DNA of 64,000 nucleotides from Candidatus Omnitrophota bacterium (GCA_043815185.1 JBDRJF010000024.1:64533-128532); one strand, 5' to 3'; positions 51,470 to 61,157 are shown, counted from the stretch's first letter. The notes: generated by a model not told the origin, from the sequence alone. Numbers and translations are program-made.

Positions 51470-53839
51470 TTATTTAGCTGGGGAAGGCTTAGACGATACT
51501 TCTAAAATAATTTCTTCCCGCAAAAGATAGAGCGCTTCTTTAAAATGGGCTTTAAATTCCTCATACTCGCTCTTGTCTACAAATCTCTTCTTCACCCTGA
51601 ATAACTGCTGAAATTTAATCTGATTGGACTCCTGTTCATAAGATAGGTTTAATTTAAACCAGGAATTTTCTAAACTGGTAGAAGGAGGTAGATATTGAAC
51701 TCTTAGATTCTCGGGCAAGCTTATCTTTATTTTAACTCCCAGATTATACATCCCATCAAAATCCAGAGGATAATCCCTTTTTTCTTTGCTGATTAAAGCA
51801 TGGTCAAGGTCTATTTGGTCTAGGATTGGCACAATTCTTAAATTCCCTGCTGGATTAAGGAATTTCTCGGCGGCAAACTTATATTTAAGTGTCGGGGTGG
51901 TATCAAAATTATCGGCATCTTTTATCTCGTAATCAATAAGCTGGGAAAGGGATGATATCTCGGTCATCTTTTGCTGGATTTCTTCTTTGATTGTGGCCGG
52001 ATGGGTATGTTTTAGATACCAGCGATAAGAGGCAGCATGGAATCCGCGGGTTTCTACCTTCCGGGTAATTATCGCGTTCTCTTTATTATCAATTGCTATA
52101 TCCATTGTATAAATAATACCGTTATCTTCTTGATCACCGATCTTAGTTATCCGCCAGGTATCATCCAAAAATACCAAAACTTCTCTATCCTGGTCTCCCA
52201 GTGGAATATTTTTGAATACAACCGTTTCAGCTGTGGGATCCATAAAAATTAACTCCCCGTCTATTTCTACAGCCGCAATCGCATGGTTAAAAAGAACCGT
52301 GGGAAAATCTTTATCTAAGGGGTAGGCGGCGCGAGTAGGGATAAGTACCGGGTAAGCTTTTAAACCCGCACTTCTTAGCATCGCTACTAAAAGAATCGCT
52401 TGGTCTTTACAGTCACCGTATCTATTAATAAATACATCGTTGGCGTAGTGCGGTTCATAGCCGCTATCGCCATACTCTATAGCGACATAGCGGATATTTT
52501 TAGCTACGAATTCATGTATTTTCTTAGCTTTATCCTGGCTATCAGAAATATCTTTAGTGAGTTCTCTGGTGAAATTTTCTATTTCCTGGCTTAGTTGAAC
52601 CTTATCCTGATAAAGAGATTTCCACCATTGATAGATTTCATCCCAGGAACCAAAACTGGAGATTGCGAATGCCGGATTGATATAGGAAGTAGTTGGCATG
52701 CTATACTCGGGAATAATCGGGGCTATCTGACTGAAATTCCAGGTATATATCTTCTTTGCTTGCTCCTGCCTTAAGTTAGGTTCAAAAATAATACTCTCGG
52801 CATAGTCTTGATTAAAAATTTTAAACTTAGCTTCTCGGCCTTCAGGAATGATCAGGGTAAAGTCAGCTTTAAACACCGGGTATTTTTCCCTCAAGCGATA
52901 GATCTGGCTAAAATCATCCTGGTTGATTAACTTCGAGGAATAAACCTTTATCTTATATTCAATGAATGACCCCACCTCTACTGAGGGCATTGAAACAATA
53001 AATACCCGGGAATTACTATAAAGAGGGAAATTCTGATAAAGCCCTATATTGCGGATACTTTCACCGCCGGCATAGATAACTTTACCTTCTTTGGTAACCG
53101 TACGGGCAAATTCTAATTCTACCCGCTCATAGGTAGAATCATAGCCCACTTGGACCTCAGCCAGTTCTTTGCCGCGCTCTTTTAACACCTTCTCTAGGAC
53201 ATGTATGGTAGAAAGTGATCTATTATCTGATGTAATTTCCACACTTTCCTCAACTAACAAATATATCGCGGCATCGTCTTTTAACTGGTTAATATAGCCT
53301 TTAGCCTCCTCGGAGATTACGGTTATTTCATCAGGAATACTATCTTCTACTTTTGCTTTAATAAATTCTATTCTCGCTTGGGCTCCCGTCTTAAAAGAGC
53401 CGCCTGCTTTAGCATATATTTCAAGAGCTTTAGGAAACAAATTCTTTTCTTCCAAAACTTGGCCGTGAAGATAGAGGCATTCATCATCCTGAGGTGTCGA
53501 CTTTAATTGTTCAAATATTTCAATAGCATAATCGTAATCTTTGGCCCTCGCTAAAGCTTTAGCCAGAATTATTTTTGCACTTTCAGTATCGATACCATCG
53601 AGAAGCTCTTTTACTTGCAGATAATCTTTAAACCCATAGTAAGCTTTAGCTAGATTTAACTTTAACTCTAAATTAGCGGGTTCAGCGTTTATTAATCCTT
53701 GGTAATGTTCGACTAGCTCTTGGTATCGTCCTTTTAGTTCTTCTAAAGAATCAGCATCCCCCTTAGGGCTTGGTGAACACCCAAGAAGATTAAACAGGAC
53801 AATTATAGTGATTAGTTTAGACAATAATCTTAAGTACAT
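51470..53839 (-). CDS. lipoprotein with TPR, DUF3857-like, transglutaminase-core and DUF3858-like regions
   Basis: 789 aa. Lipobox LLGC. Transglutaminase triad context GDCKD ... NHAIA ... MDPT. Confidence 0.7.
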   Translation of the reverse strand: MYLRLLSKLITIIVLFNLLGCSPSPKGDADSLEELKGRYQELVEHYQGLINAEPANLELKLNLAKAYYGFKDYLQVKELLDGIDTESAKIILAKALARAKDYDYAIEIFEQLKSTPQDDECLYLHGQVLEEKNLFPKALEIYAKAGGSFKTGAQARIEFIKAKVEDSIPDEITVISEEAKGYINQLKDDAAIYLLVEESVEITSDNRSLSTIHVLEKVLKERGKELAEVQVGYDSTYERVELEFARTVTKEGKVIYAGGESIRNIGLYQNFPLYSNSRVFIVSMPSVEVGSFIEYKIKVYSSKLINQDDFSQIYRLREKYPVFKADFTLIIPEGREAKFKIFNQDYAESIIFEPNLRQEQAKKIYTWNFSQIAPIIPEYSMPTTSYINPAFAISSFGSWDEIYQWWKSLYQDKVQLSQEIENFTRELTKDISDSQDKAKKIHEFVAKNIRYVAIEYGDSGYEPHYANDVFINRYGDCKDQAILLVAMLRSAGLKAYPVLIPTRAAYPLDKDFPTVLFNHAIAAVEIDGELIFMDPTAETVVFKNIPLGDQDREVLVFLDDTWRITKIGDQEDNGIIYTMDIAIDNKENAIITRKVETRGFHAASYRWYLKHTHPATIKEEIQQKMTEISSLSQLIDYEIKDADNFDTTPTLKYKFAAEKFLNPAGNLRIVPILDQIDLDHALISKEKRDYPLDFDGMYNLGVKIKISLPENLRVQYLPPSTSLENSWFKLNLSYEQESNQIKFQQLFRVKKRFVDKSEYEEFKAHFKEALYLLREEIILEVSSKPSPAK

Positions 53840-54107
53840 CTTTTATCGCTTGGCCTTTATGAATCCCCAGTCGTTTTGCCATGAAGGTTGCCGAATGAAC
53901 TTTTGCCCGGAGAGCATCTTTGATCGTAGATACGCCGGTAATCTTTACTGCAACATCCTTGAATGCATTGGCGGCTCTTAAGTTTAGATAACCACACATG
54001 ATGTATCCTTTCTGCCCAGCTAGGACGATTAAGTTCTTGGTGGACAGCTTAAAACAAAGCCCCAGAACACTTTTTTTCCCTACTTTAATTTTACGAGAAT
54101 TTAACAT
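53817..54107 (-). CDS. DUF1805 (YunC-like) protein
   Basis: KGYIMCGYLN core. I prefer the ATG at 54107 (96 aa) over the tracked GTG at 54161. Confidence 0.6.
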   Translation of the reverse strand: MLNSRKIKVGKKSVLGLCFKLSTKNLIVLAGQKGYIMCGYLNLRAANAFKDVAVKITGVSTIKDALRAKVHSATFMAKRLGIHKGQAIKDVLKIIV

Positions 54108-54169
54108 GAATCCATTGCGGCCGAAAGCTGTAAACTTCGTTAGAACACTACGCCTTCTCACGAAGCCAA

Positions 54170-55318
54170 TTACAATTTGCTCAAGAATCTCTCAATCCTT
54201 ATTATCGCCTCTTTTAAATTATCTAAAGAGCTAGCATAAGAAATTCTTATGTAAGATCCAAATTCTTTTCCGAATGCCCCTCCGGGGACTACAGCAACCT
54301 TTTCTTGTATCAATAGTTTCTTAGCAAAATCTAAAGCGCCTATTTTATACCGCTTTAAAGAAGAGAAACAATAAAATGCACCTTGGGGGTTAACTGTTGA
54401 CAGTCCCAGACGGTTTAGCTCCTTAACCACAAAAATCCTTCGCTGATTATATTCCCGTTGCATTTGTTGAACTTCCCTTTTTGCTAACAAAGCCTCACAA
54501 GAAGCTACCTGAGATATAGTCGGCCCGCAGAGTGCCGAATATGAGTGTATTTTAGTCATTGCTGAAATAATCTCACTCCCCCCGCAGGCAAAACCCACTC
54601 TAAATCCGGTCATTGCATAGCCTTTGGAAAATCCGTTGAGTAGAATTGTCTTCTCTTTTGCTCCTCTCCCTAAAGATGCAAAGCTAATGTGTTCTTGGGA
54701 GTAGGTTAACTGATCATAGGTCTCATCGCTGATGATAACTATATCTTCACTAGCTAAAACTTTCCAAATCTGCTTTAGTTCATTATAGCTATAGGTTATG
54801 CCGGTAGGGTTGCAAGGATAATTTAATATTATGGCTTTGGGCTTCCGGAGAAGTAACCCCTTAAGATTCTTAAGGTTAATCTTAAAACCTTCTTCCTCTT
54901 GGGTGGGTAAATAAAGCACCTTTCCGTGGGATATCTCAACTAAAGCCGGATAAGCAACATAGTAGGGGCTTACCACAATAACCTTATCACCGGGTTCTAT
55001 AATCGCCCGGAGAGCTAAATCCAGCCCCTCGCTAACCCCAACCGTAATCAAAATTTCTTCTTGGGGATTATAATTTAAAGAGTATTTTTTGGTAAGCAGC
55101 TCAGAAATTCCCTGGCGTAAAAGGAGCAGGCCTTGGTTGGAAGTATAAGAGGTAATGCCCTCCTCTAAAGCAGTAATTGCCTTCTCCCTAATCCTCCAAG
55201 GCGTAATAAAGTCCGGCTCGCCTACACCTAGAGAAATTACCTCCGGCATCCCTAAAACTAAATCAAAAAATTCCCTGATTCCCGAAGGTGGTAACTTTTT
55301 TATCTGTTTTGCAATCAT
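54170..55318 (-). CDS. class I/II pyridoxal-phosphate aminotransferase (aspartate/alanine type)
   Basis: 382 aa with the PLP-lysine block NGFSKGYAMTGFRVG. Confidence 0.88.
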   Translation of the reverse strand: MIAKQIKKLPPSGIREFFDLVLGMPEVISLGVGEPDFITPWRIREKAITALEEGITSYTSNQGLLLLRQGISELLTKKYSLNYNPQEEILITVGVSEGLDLALRAIIEPGDKVIVVSPYYVAYPALVEISHGKVLYLPTQEEEGFKINLKNLKGLLLRKPKAIILNYPCNPTGITYSYNELKQIWKVLASEDIVIISDETYDQLTYSQEHISFASLGRGAKEKTILLNGFSKGYAMTGFRVGFACGGSEIISAMTKIHSYSALCGPTISQVASCEALLAKREVQQMQREYNQRRIFVVKELNRLGLSTVNPQGAFYCFSSLKRYKIGALDFAKKLLIQEKVAVVPGGAFGKEFGSYIRISYASSLDNLKEAIIRIERFLSKL

Positions 55319-55319
55319 A

Positions 55320-55802
55320 TTAATAAGTTATCGGCAAACGTTTATTCTTTTCATCCTTTACCAAAACTACTCCGTCTTCCTTATACTTCTTAAGCATAAA
55401 ATGGGTAGCTGTACCTCTTACGGAACTTAAGGGAGCTAACTTCTCTGAGACAAAACTTGCTACCGTCTGTATATCTTTCCCGCAAACCTCCAGAAGCAAA
55501 TCATAAGTGCCAGAAAGAAGATAACAGTTCTTTACCTCGGGAAACCGATAGATCCTTTGGGCAACCATATCAAAACCTACGTCTTTCTGGGGAGCCACTT
55601 TAACTTCAATTAAAGCACCTACTCCCGCTTCACCCTTAATCTTTCGTTTATTTATAATTGTTTTATACTTTATAATTACTCCTTTCTTCTCATAACTTTT
55701 TATCGCCTGCTCAATTTCCTTCTTATTCTTACCAGTTAATTTCTGCAAATCCTCTAAGGAAATTCTTGCATTGCTCTCTAAAATCTCTAATATATCATCC
55801 AT
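55320..55802 (-). CDS. Lrp/AsnC family transcriptional regulator
   Basis: 160 aa with an N-terminal HTH and a C-terminal RAM-like domain. Adjacent to the aminotransferase gene. Confidence 0.8.
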   Translation of the reverse strand: MDDILEILESNARISLEDLQKLTGKNKKEIEQAIKSYEKKGVIIKYKTIINKRKIKGEAGVGALIEVKVAPQKDVGFDMVAQRIYRFPEVKNCYLLSGTYDLLLEVCGKDIQTVASFVSEKLAPLSSVRGTATHFMLKKYKEDGVVLVKDEKNKRLPITY

Positions 55803-55896
55803 TGCCAGCCTCCTTTGTGTTTCGCCTGCCTATTTTAGCTGGGTTAAAATATATAGCTAAAACATTTAATTTATTTTATCAAAATAACCTTTAAAT

Positions 55897-56739
55897 TCAT
55901 AGCAAATTAATTATCTGGGGCGGGGGTTCCCCTACCTTAAGGATACGATTCAGCTTTAGACGGCAGGAAGCTTCACCCTCTCCCTGATATAAAAGATAAG
56001 AATACTTGCCTTCCTGGAAAATACTCAGCGGCAGGATTTTCTCTTCCTTTAATCTGTTGGAAGAAGAAAAATATCTTATCGCTAAGGTAGTCTTACTATC
56101 CATCGCCTCTTTGAAAAGAAGTGTTTTATGATCTTCTCCGGCCCGGAAAATTTCATTATCCAGGCCATAGAGAGAGATGAACTCGTTTAACTTCTCTATT
56201 CGTTTCTCCTTAAAAATATCAATTAGCTTTAAAAAAATTCTATAAGCAACGAAAGCATCACCAACCGCCCGATGTAAGCCTCGGCTACAATCGATATTAA
56301 AAAACTTAGCGGTTGCCTCTAGATTGTATCGTGGTAATTTAAGGCCGTCCCTGGCCATAGAGAGAACATCTATGGCTGGCCCCTCAAGATACGAACGCCC
56401 CATCCTCCGTAACTGGTGGTTAATAAATCCCATATCAAATCCCACGTTGTAAGCACAGATTACACAGCCATTTAAGAATCTAATCAGCCTATCAGCTATT
56501 TCCTCGAAGCAAGGAGCATCTTTTAGCTCCTCATCCGATATCTTATGGACTTCATAAGCTTGAGCAGGCATTTTTTTTCTGGGATTAACCAGGCTATGAA
56601 ATTTATTAATAACTTTCCTCTCCCGGACTTTGAGCGCCCCCACCTCGCATAAAGAATCTCCAGTCACCACATCTAGGCCGGTAGTCTCCAAATCAAGGAA
56701 AACTAAATCAAAATCTTCGATGTTTTTGGTTAAATCCAT
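55897..56739 (-). CDS. DEDDh 3'-5' exonuclease (DnaQ-like) with a WYL-like C-terminal domain
   Basis: 280 aa with Exo I FLDLETTG, Exo II AYNVGFDMGF and Exo III HRAVGDA. The C-terminal ~80 aa (LAIRYFSS...EKILPLSI...YSYLLYQ...RLKLNRILKV) show a WYL-like pattern. Confidence 0.7.
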   Translation of the reverse strand: MDLTKNIEDFDLVFLDLETTGLDVVTGDSLCEVGALKVRERKVINKFHSLVNPRKKMPAQAYEVHKISDEELKDAPCFEEIADRLIRFLNGCVICAYNVGFDMGFINHQLRRMGRSYLEGPAIDVLSMARDGLKLPRYNLEATAKFFNIDCSRGLHRAVGDAFVAYRIFLKLIDIFKEKRIEKLNEFISLYGLDNEIFRAGEDHKTLLFKEAMDSKTTLAIRYFSSSNRLKEEKILPLSIFQEGKYSYLLYQGEGEASCRLKLNRILKVGEPPPQIINLL

Positions 56740-56748
56740 CTTAGCTAA

Positions 56749-57159
56749 TTAGGCAATTATCTTGGCTACAATCTTTCTATCCCGGGAACGAGTATCGAAA
56801 TCAATTAAAACTACCTGTTGCCAAGTTCCTAAATCGAGTTTACCTCCGGTTACCGAAACAAATAAGTGCGTTTTAATAAAAGAACTCCTCAAATGAGAGT
56901 GCCCATTATCATCTGCCCAGGTAAAATTATGGCTATAATCACCTTTATAAGGCAAGAGCTTCTCCAAGGCGTTTTTTAGATCTTTTATCAGGCCTCCTTC
57001 ATACTCCATTGTAGTAAGTGAGGCTGTCGAGCCAATAACCGATAAAAATAGTACAGCTTCCTTTATCTTAGCATCAGCTATGATCTTCCTCAAATCAGAG
57101 GTGATATCAATAATATCACTATTTCCTTTAGTTTTTACTCTTATGTATTTAGTTACCAT
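56749..57159 (-). CDS. YjbQ/UPF0047 family protein (secondary thiamine-phosphate synthase)
   Basis: 136 aa with the family pattern ...TTASLTTMEYE...GHSHLRSS.... Confidence 0.75.
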   Translation of the reverse strand: MVTKYIRVKTKGNSDIIDITSDLRKIIADAKIKEAVLFLSVIGSTASLTTMEYEGGLIKDLKNALEKLLPYKGDYSHNFTWADDNGHSHLRSSFIKTHLFVSVTGGKLDLGTWQQVVLIDFDTRSRDRKIVAKIIA

Positions 57160-57177
57160 AGTTTATACCAGAAAAAT

Positions 57178-57498
57178 TTATTTTATTGTACTCCCTACAG
57201 ATACTTCTTTATCTAAAATTACCAAGCTAAGATCATCTTTACCCTGAGCCGCCAACACCATACCTTCAGATAGAACGCCTCTAACATCTTTTGGTTCTAA
57301 ATTGGCTAAAACAACTACAAGCTTATTCTCTAACTGCTCAGGCGAATAAAAAGGCTTGATACCGGCCACGACCTGTACAATCTTATCCCCTAGGTCGACT
57401 TTTAGTAAATAAAGCTTCGCGGCGTCAGGATGAATATTAACCTCTAAAATCTTTCCTGCTTTTAAATCCAGTTTAGAAAAATCATCGAAACTAACCAT
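57178..57498 (-). CDS. tRNA-binding (CsaA/EMAP-type OB-fold) domain protein
   Basis: 106 aa: FSKLDLKAGKILEV..HPDA.KLYLLKVDLG....QVVAGI. Confidence 0.8.
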   Translation of the reverse strand: MVSFDDFSKLDLKAGKILEVNIHPDAAKLYLLKVDLGDKIVQVVAGIKPFYSPEQLENKLVVVLANLEPKDVRGVLSEGMVLAAQGKDDLSLVILDKEVSVGSTIK

Positions 57499-57546
57499 TT
57501 TTTGCTCCTTTTTTAAAGTTTTAAACCGCTGGAGGGAGGTCGCCTA

Positions 57547-57864
57547 TTAACCACCAAAGGCAATATCTTTTATTATTACCCAAAGCAGAACGACAATTAT
57601 TATTGCCGAGACAAGATAAAAGTCATTAAAATAAACAAATTCTCTTGCCCCTTCCAAAACCTGACCTTTTTTTTCGGGGAGATTATATTTTTTCTTTATT
57701 TTCGGCTTGACCTTTGCTATATCCTCTTTCTTGAATCGTAAGAACTCTCCAGCCACTTTAAAGTGGGGGATAAGGTTCTTATTGGCTAGCTCGATTATAT
57801 CCTTTTCAGAAATACCCAAAACCTGCGACATTTCTCTGGTAGTAAAAAGTTTCTCTTTCATCAC
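57547..57864 (-). CDS. excisionase-type HTH protein with a C-terminal TM anchor
   Basis: 105 aa. HTH_17-like N-terminus (TTREMSQVLGISEKDIIELANKNLIPHFKV) and a hydrophobic C-terminus (YLVSAIIIVVLLWVII). Confidence 0.6.
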   Translation of the reverse strand: MMKEKLFTTREMSQVLGISEKDIIELANKNLIPHFKVAGEFLRFKKEDIAKVKPKIKKKYNLPEKKGQVLEGAREFVYFNDFYLVSAIIIVVLLWVIIKDIAFGG

Positions 57865-57929
57865 TTGGTTATAATAATCTTTAAACCTTGTAAAGTTTTA
57901 CTTCAGCAAGATTGAAGTCTAAAATAATC

Positions 57930-58430
57930 TTAAGATTTATGGGCAACCCAGTTATCTACTTCCCTGCGGTCAAAAAATAGCTTGTTACCTTCTTTCTCTA
58001 CGGGAATTTTTCCACCTTCAACCCACTCTACAATTTTCTTCTCTTCAACCGAAAGATAGTCTGAGAGCTCTTCTAAGGAAATTCTGGCCTCAGCTGTCCG
58101 GCACTTACCGTTAAAAATTGCTCCCTCATCAATAGAAACCTTAGGGACTTCTATATCCCCAATAACCTGGGCTGTGGAAAGAAGCTTAATACTCTCCATT
58201 GCTTTAATATTCCCTTTGACTGTACCGGCAATAGTTACCCTTTCTCCGATAATATTAGCCTTTACCGTTGCAGCCTGGCCAATAATAAGGTTACCCTTTG
58301 TGTCCAGACTACCCTCAAACTTACCATTTATTCGTAAATTCACAGGGTCGGAGAAAATCAAGCTCCCTTTCATTGCTGCGCTTACATCAAGAACTTTTTC
58401 CTCTTCTTTTCGTCTAGCCATCTTTTTCAC
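57930..58430 (-). CDS. bactofilin fused to a C-terminal excisionase-type HTH
   Basis: 166 aa. Beta-helical bactofilin repeats (INGKFEGSL.TKGNLIIG..A.VKANI.GERVTIAG.VKGNI) followed by LEELSDYLSVEEKKIVEWVEGGKIP...FDRREVDNWV. Confidence 0.7.
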   Translation of the reverse strand: MKKMARRKEEEKVLDVSAAMKGSLIFSDPVNLRINGKFEGSLDTKGNLIIGQAATVKANIIGERVTIAGTVKGNIKAMESIKLLSTAQVIGDIEVPKVSIDEGAIFNGKCRTAEARISLEELSDYLSVEEKKIVEWVEGGKIPVEKEGNKLFFDRREVDNWVAHKS

Positions 58431-58446
58431 CCCCTAATAATTACTA

Positions 58447-58872
58447 CTAAATAGTTTCTTTTTCTATTTTCTTTAAAAACGAAAGAACCAAATAAGAAAT
58501 GCCGGTAACAATTATTGCTCCGCTAATATACCCACAGCCTATAGCTAACCCAATTGCTGCACTAACCCAGATACTTGCCGCTGTAGTCAATCCGTGAACT
58601 CCTTCTTTACTTCGTATAATCGTTCCAGCACCCAAGAAACCAATGCCGGTAATTACTCCGGCAGCAATTCTTCCGGGATCAACAGTAGCTGCTTCTTGAT
58701 AAATACCATAAATATAAAGCGAAGTCAACATTATTAGGGTTGAACCCACAGTAACTAAGATATGGGTCCTTAAACCGGCTCCTCCGCCTTTTTTTTGGCG
58801 CTCGAACCCAATTATACTGCCTAAAATAAAGGCAATTATTAAACGTAATGCTGTAGAGAATAAGTTTACCAT
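58447..58872 (-). CDS. MgtC/SapB family membrane protein
   Basis: 141 aa with four or five TM spans and the pattern GFERQKKGGGAGLRTHILV. Confidence 0.8.
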   Translation of the reverse strand: MVNLFSTALRLIIAFILGSIIGFERQKKGGGAGLRTHILVTVGSTLIMLTSLYIYGIYQEAATVDPGRIAAGVITGIGFLGAGTIIRSKEGVHGLTTAASIWVSAAIGLAIGCGYISGAIIVTGISYLVLSFLKKIEKETI

Positions 58873-58873
58873 A

Positions 58874-59863
58874 TTAGTTGGCCTGAGCTTTTAAGTTTAA
58901 ACCGCTTTCCTTCCCTGTTTTATTATACAGGTAAAATCCTAATCCTGCAACTATTGCGGCATTATCCCCAGTATACTCAAGCGGCGCCATAAGAACCTCG
59001 ATTCCTTGCTTTTCCTCCTGTTTAAGCCGCCGGCGTAAGTATTTATTGGCAACAACCCCACCGCCACAGACTATTCTTTTAATTTTTAGCTTATCTTTAG
59101 CCTCCAGGATTGTCTTAATGATTGTCTCGATAACCGCATATTGGAAAGAAGACATAAGCTTTTTCTTCATCTTTGAATCAAAAATACCTTTTTTCTCCAA
59201 TTCCTTCTTTTTATAAATAAGCCCGGTCTTTATCCCGCTAAAACTTAAATCCAGCCCTATTTTCCCGCACTTAAAGTTAAAATCATCTTTATACCGGAGG
59301 TTAAAAAGCCTATCGATAACTGGTCCTCCAGGATAACCTAGATTGTAAGCTTTAGCTATCTTATCAAAGACCTCTCCGCAAGCATCATCACGAGTCTGTC
59401 CTAAAATCTTTATTTTGTCAAAATCGCCTACTCGATAGATCTCAGTATGACCACCGGAAACCACTACTCCCAAAAAAGGAAATTTTAATCTTCGCTGATA
59501 ATCTAAAAAGGGAGCAAAAATATGGGCATGAAGATGATTAATTCCAATAAAAGGCTTCTTAAGAGCTAAAGATAAAGCTTTAGCAAAGTTTAGCCCAACA
59601 ACCAGGGCTCCCAGGAAGCCAGGTTTATAGGTCACCGAAATTAAATTCAATCTTTTTAAAGATATACCGGCAACTTTACAGGCAGTTGTTAAGACTTTAT
59701 CGATATTTTTAAGGTGGGCCCGGGTAGCTATCTCAGGAACTATCCCCCCGTATTTCTTATGCTCGCTTAAAGAAGACAAGGTAATGTTGGAGAGGACCCG
59801 ATAATTTTTTAAGATTGCACAGGAAGTTTCGTCACAAGAAGTCTCAATGCCTAGGGTATACAT
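58874..59863 (-). CDS. tsaD: tRNA N6-adenosine threonylcarbamoyltransferase
   Basis: 329 aa starting MYTLGIETSCDETS, with the HLHAHI metal site. Confidence 0.92.
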   Translation of the reverse strand: MYTLGIETSCDETSCAILKNYRVLSNITLSSLSEHKKYGGIVPEIATRAHLKNIDKVLTTACKVAGISLKRLNLISVTYKPGFLGALVVGLNFAKALSLALKKPFIGINHLHAHIFAPFLDYQRRLKFPFLGVVVSGGHTEIYRVGDFDKIKILGQTRDDACGEVFDKIAKAYNLGYPGGPVIDRLFNLRYKDDFNFKCGKIGLDLSFSGIKTGLIYKKKELEKKGIFDSKMKKKLMSSFQYAVIETIIKTILEAKDKLKIKRIVCGGGVVANKYLRRRLKQEEKQGIEVLMAPLEYTGDNAAIVAGLGFYLYNKTGKESGLNLKAQAN

Positions 59864-59881
59864 ATTTTATATTATCGTAGG

Positions 59882-59945
59882 GGGCAGGACTTGTTCCTGC
59901 CCGATATAAGATTTAGATTAAAATGGATGGCCACAAGGGCCATCC
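59882..59945 (-). terminator. pair of GC-rich hairpins between ctp and tsaD
   Basis: GGATGGCC/GGCCATCC (59925..59945) starts right after the ctp stop and is followed on the minus strand by ATTTTAAT. A second hairpin GGGCAGGA/TCCTGCCC lies at 59882..59902. Confidence 0.45.
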
Positions 59946-61157
59946 CTACCGTCTTAAAATAAGGATGCCTTTGATTAAATCTAAGGCTCTTACTATCTGT
60001 GAATCTTTTTTGTAATCAAAGTCTTGTTTTCTGTCTAATTCCTTAAAGACATCATCTTTTGACTTCTCAATTACTTCTTTAACCATTTTAATATCGGGTT
60101 CTATTCCTTTCTCATGAATGCTTATTCCGGCCGGAGTGTAATATTTAGAAGTAGTAAGACGCATGGCCGAGCCGTCCGATAAAGGCAGTATTGTTTGAAC
60201 TGAGCCCTTACCAAAAGTTGCCTCACCAACAAGAATTGCCCGGTTGTTGTCACGCAAGGCTGCAGCAAGAATCTCACTTCCCGAAGCGCTGCCTTTATTG
60301 ATCAATACTACTATCGGAATATCAATATACTTTTTTCTAAACGGCGCAGTTTTATATATTCTCTCGTCTTCGTTCCGGGAGTCAGTGGACACTACTGTTG
60401 TTCCATCGTCTAAGAATTTACTGGATATGTCTATAGCCGAGTTAAGTAACCCTCCGGGGTTATTTCTTACATCAATAACCAGAGCTTTTAGGCCTTCTTC
60501 TTCCAACTCCTCTAAAGCTTTGCATAGGTCTTTGTAGGTAGATTCTCTAAACTCCCCTATTTTTATGTACCCGACACCATCTTCAAGAATAAGCGATCTT
60601 TTTATGTCTTTTATTTTTATTATATCCCTTACAATAGTTATATCCTCGACCAATCCATTTCCTTCTCGAAATACAGTTAAAATAACTTCGGTCTCGGGAT
60701 CGCCGCGTAATTGTTTAACTGCTTCGTTTAAAGTAATATCTTTGGTTGATTCACCGTCGATCTTAATAATAATATCTCCGGCTTCAATGCCGGCTCGCCA
60801 GGCTGGTGTGTCTTCTATCGGAGAAATAATAGTAAGAAGGCTATTTCTTAGGGTGATTTCAATACCTAAACCGCCAAATTTGCCTTCTGTTTCAACAAGA
60901 AGGTTCTTGTAGTCATCAGGAGTCAGAAATTGGCTGTAAGCATCTAAAGATGAGGCCAATCCTCTCATCGCTCCGTAGACTAAATCTTCAGGATTTTTTT
61001 CTTCTACGTATTTTCCTTCAATGACCGCTAACCCCTCAGCAAATATCTCTAGATCCCGATACAAATCATCCTTGTCGTTACTAAAAGAAATTCCGATCTT
61101 ATAAGAGGAAATGGCTATTGTTAAAACGACTGCAATAATAATAAATCTTCTTCTCAT
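59946..61157 (-). CDS. carboxyl-terminal processing protease (S41)
   Basis: 403 aa with an N-terminal anchor, a PDZ region, the catalytic Ser block GSASGSEI and the Lys block TFGKGSVQ. Confidence 0.9.
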   Translation of the reverse strand: MRRRFIIIAVVLTIAISSYKIGISFSNDKDDLYRDLEIFAEGLAVIEGKYVEEKNPEDLVYGAMRGLASSLDAYSQFLTPDDYKNLLVETEGKFGGLGIEITLRNSLLTIISPIEDTPAWRAGIEAGDIIIKIDGESTKDITLNEAVKQLRGDPETEVILTVFREGNGLVEDITIVRDIIKIKDIKRSLILEDGVGYIKIGEFRESTYKDLCKALEELEEEGLKALVIDVRNNPGGLLNSAIDISSKFLDDGTTVVSTDSRNEDERIYKTAPFRKKYIDIPIVVLINKGSASGSEILAAALRDNNRAILVGEATFGKGSVQTILPLSDGSAMRLTTSKYYTPAGISIHEKGIEPDIKMVKEVIEKSKDDVFKELDRKQDFDYKKDSQIVRALDLIKGILILRR

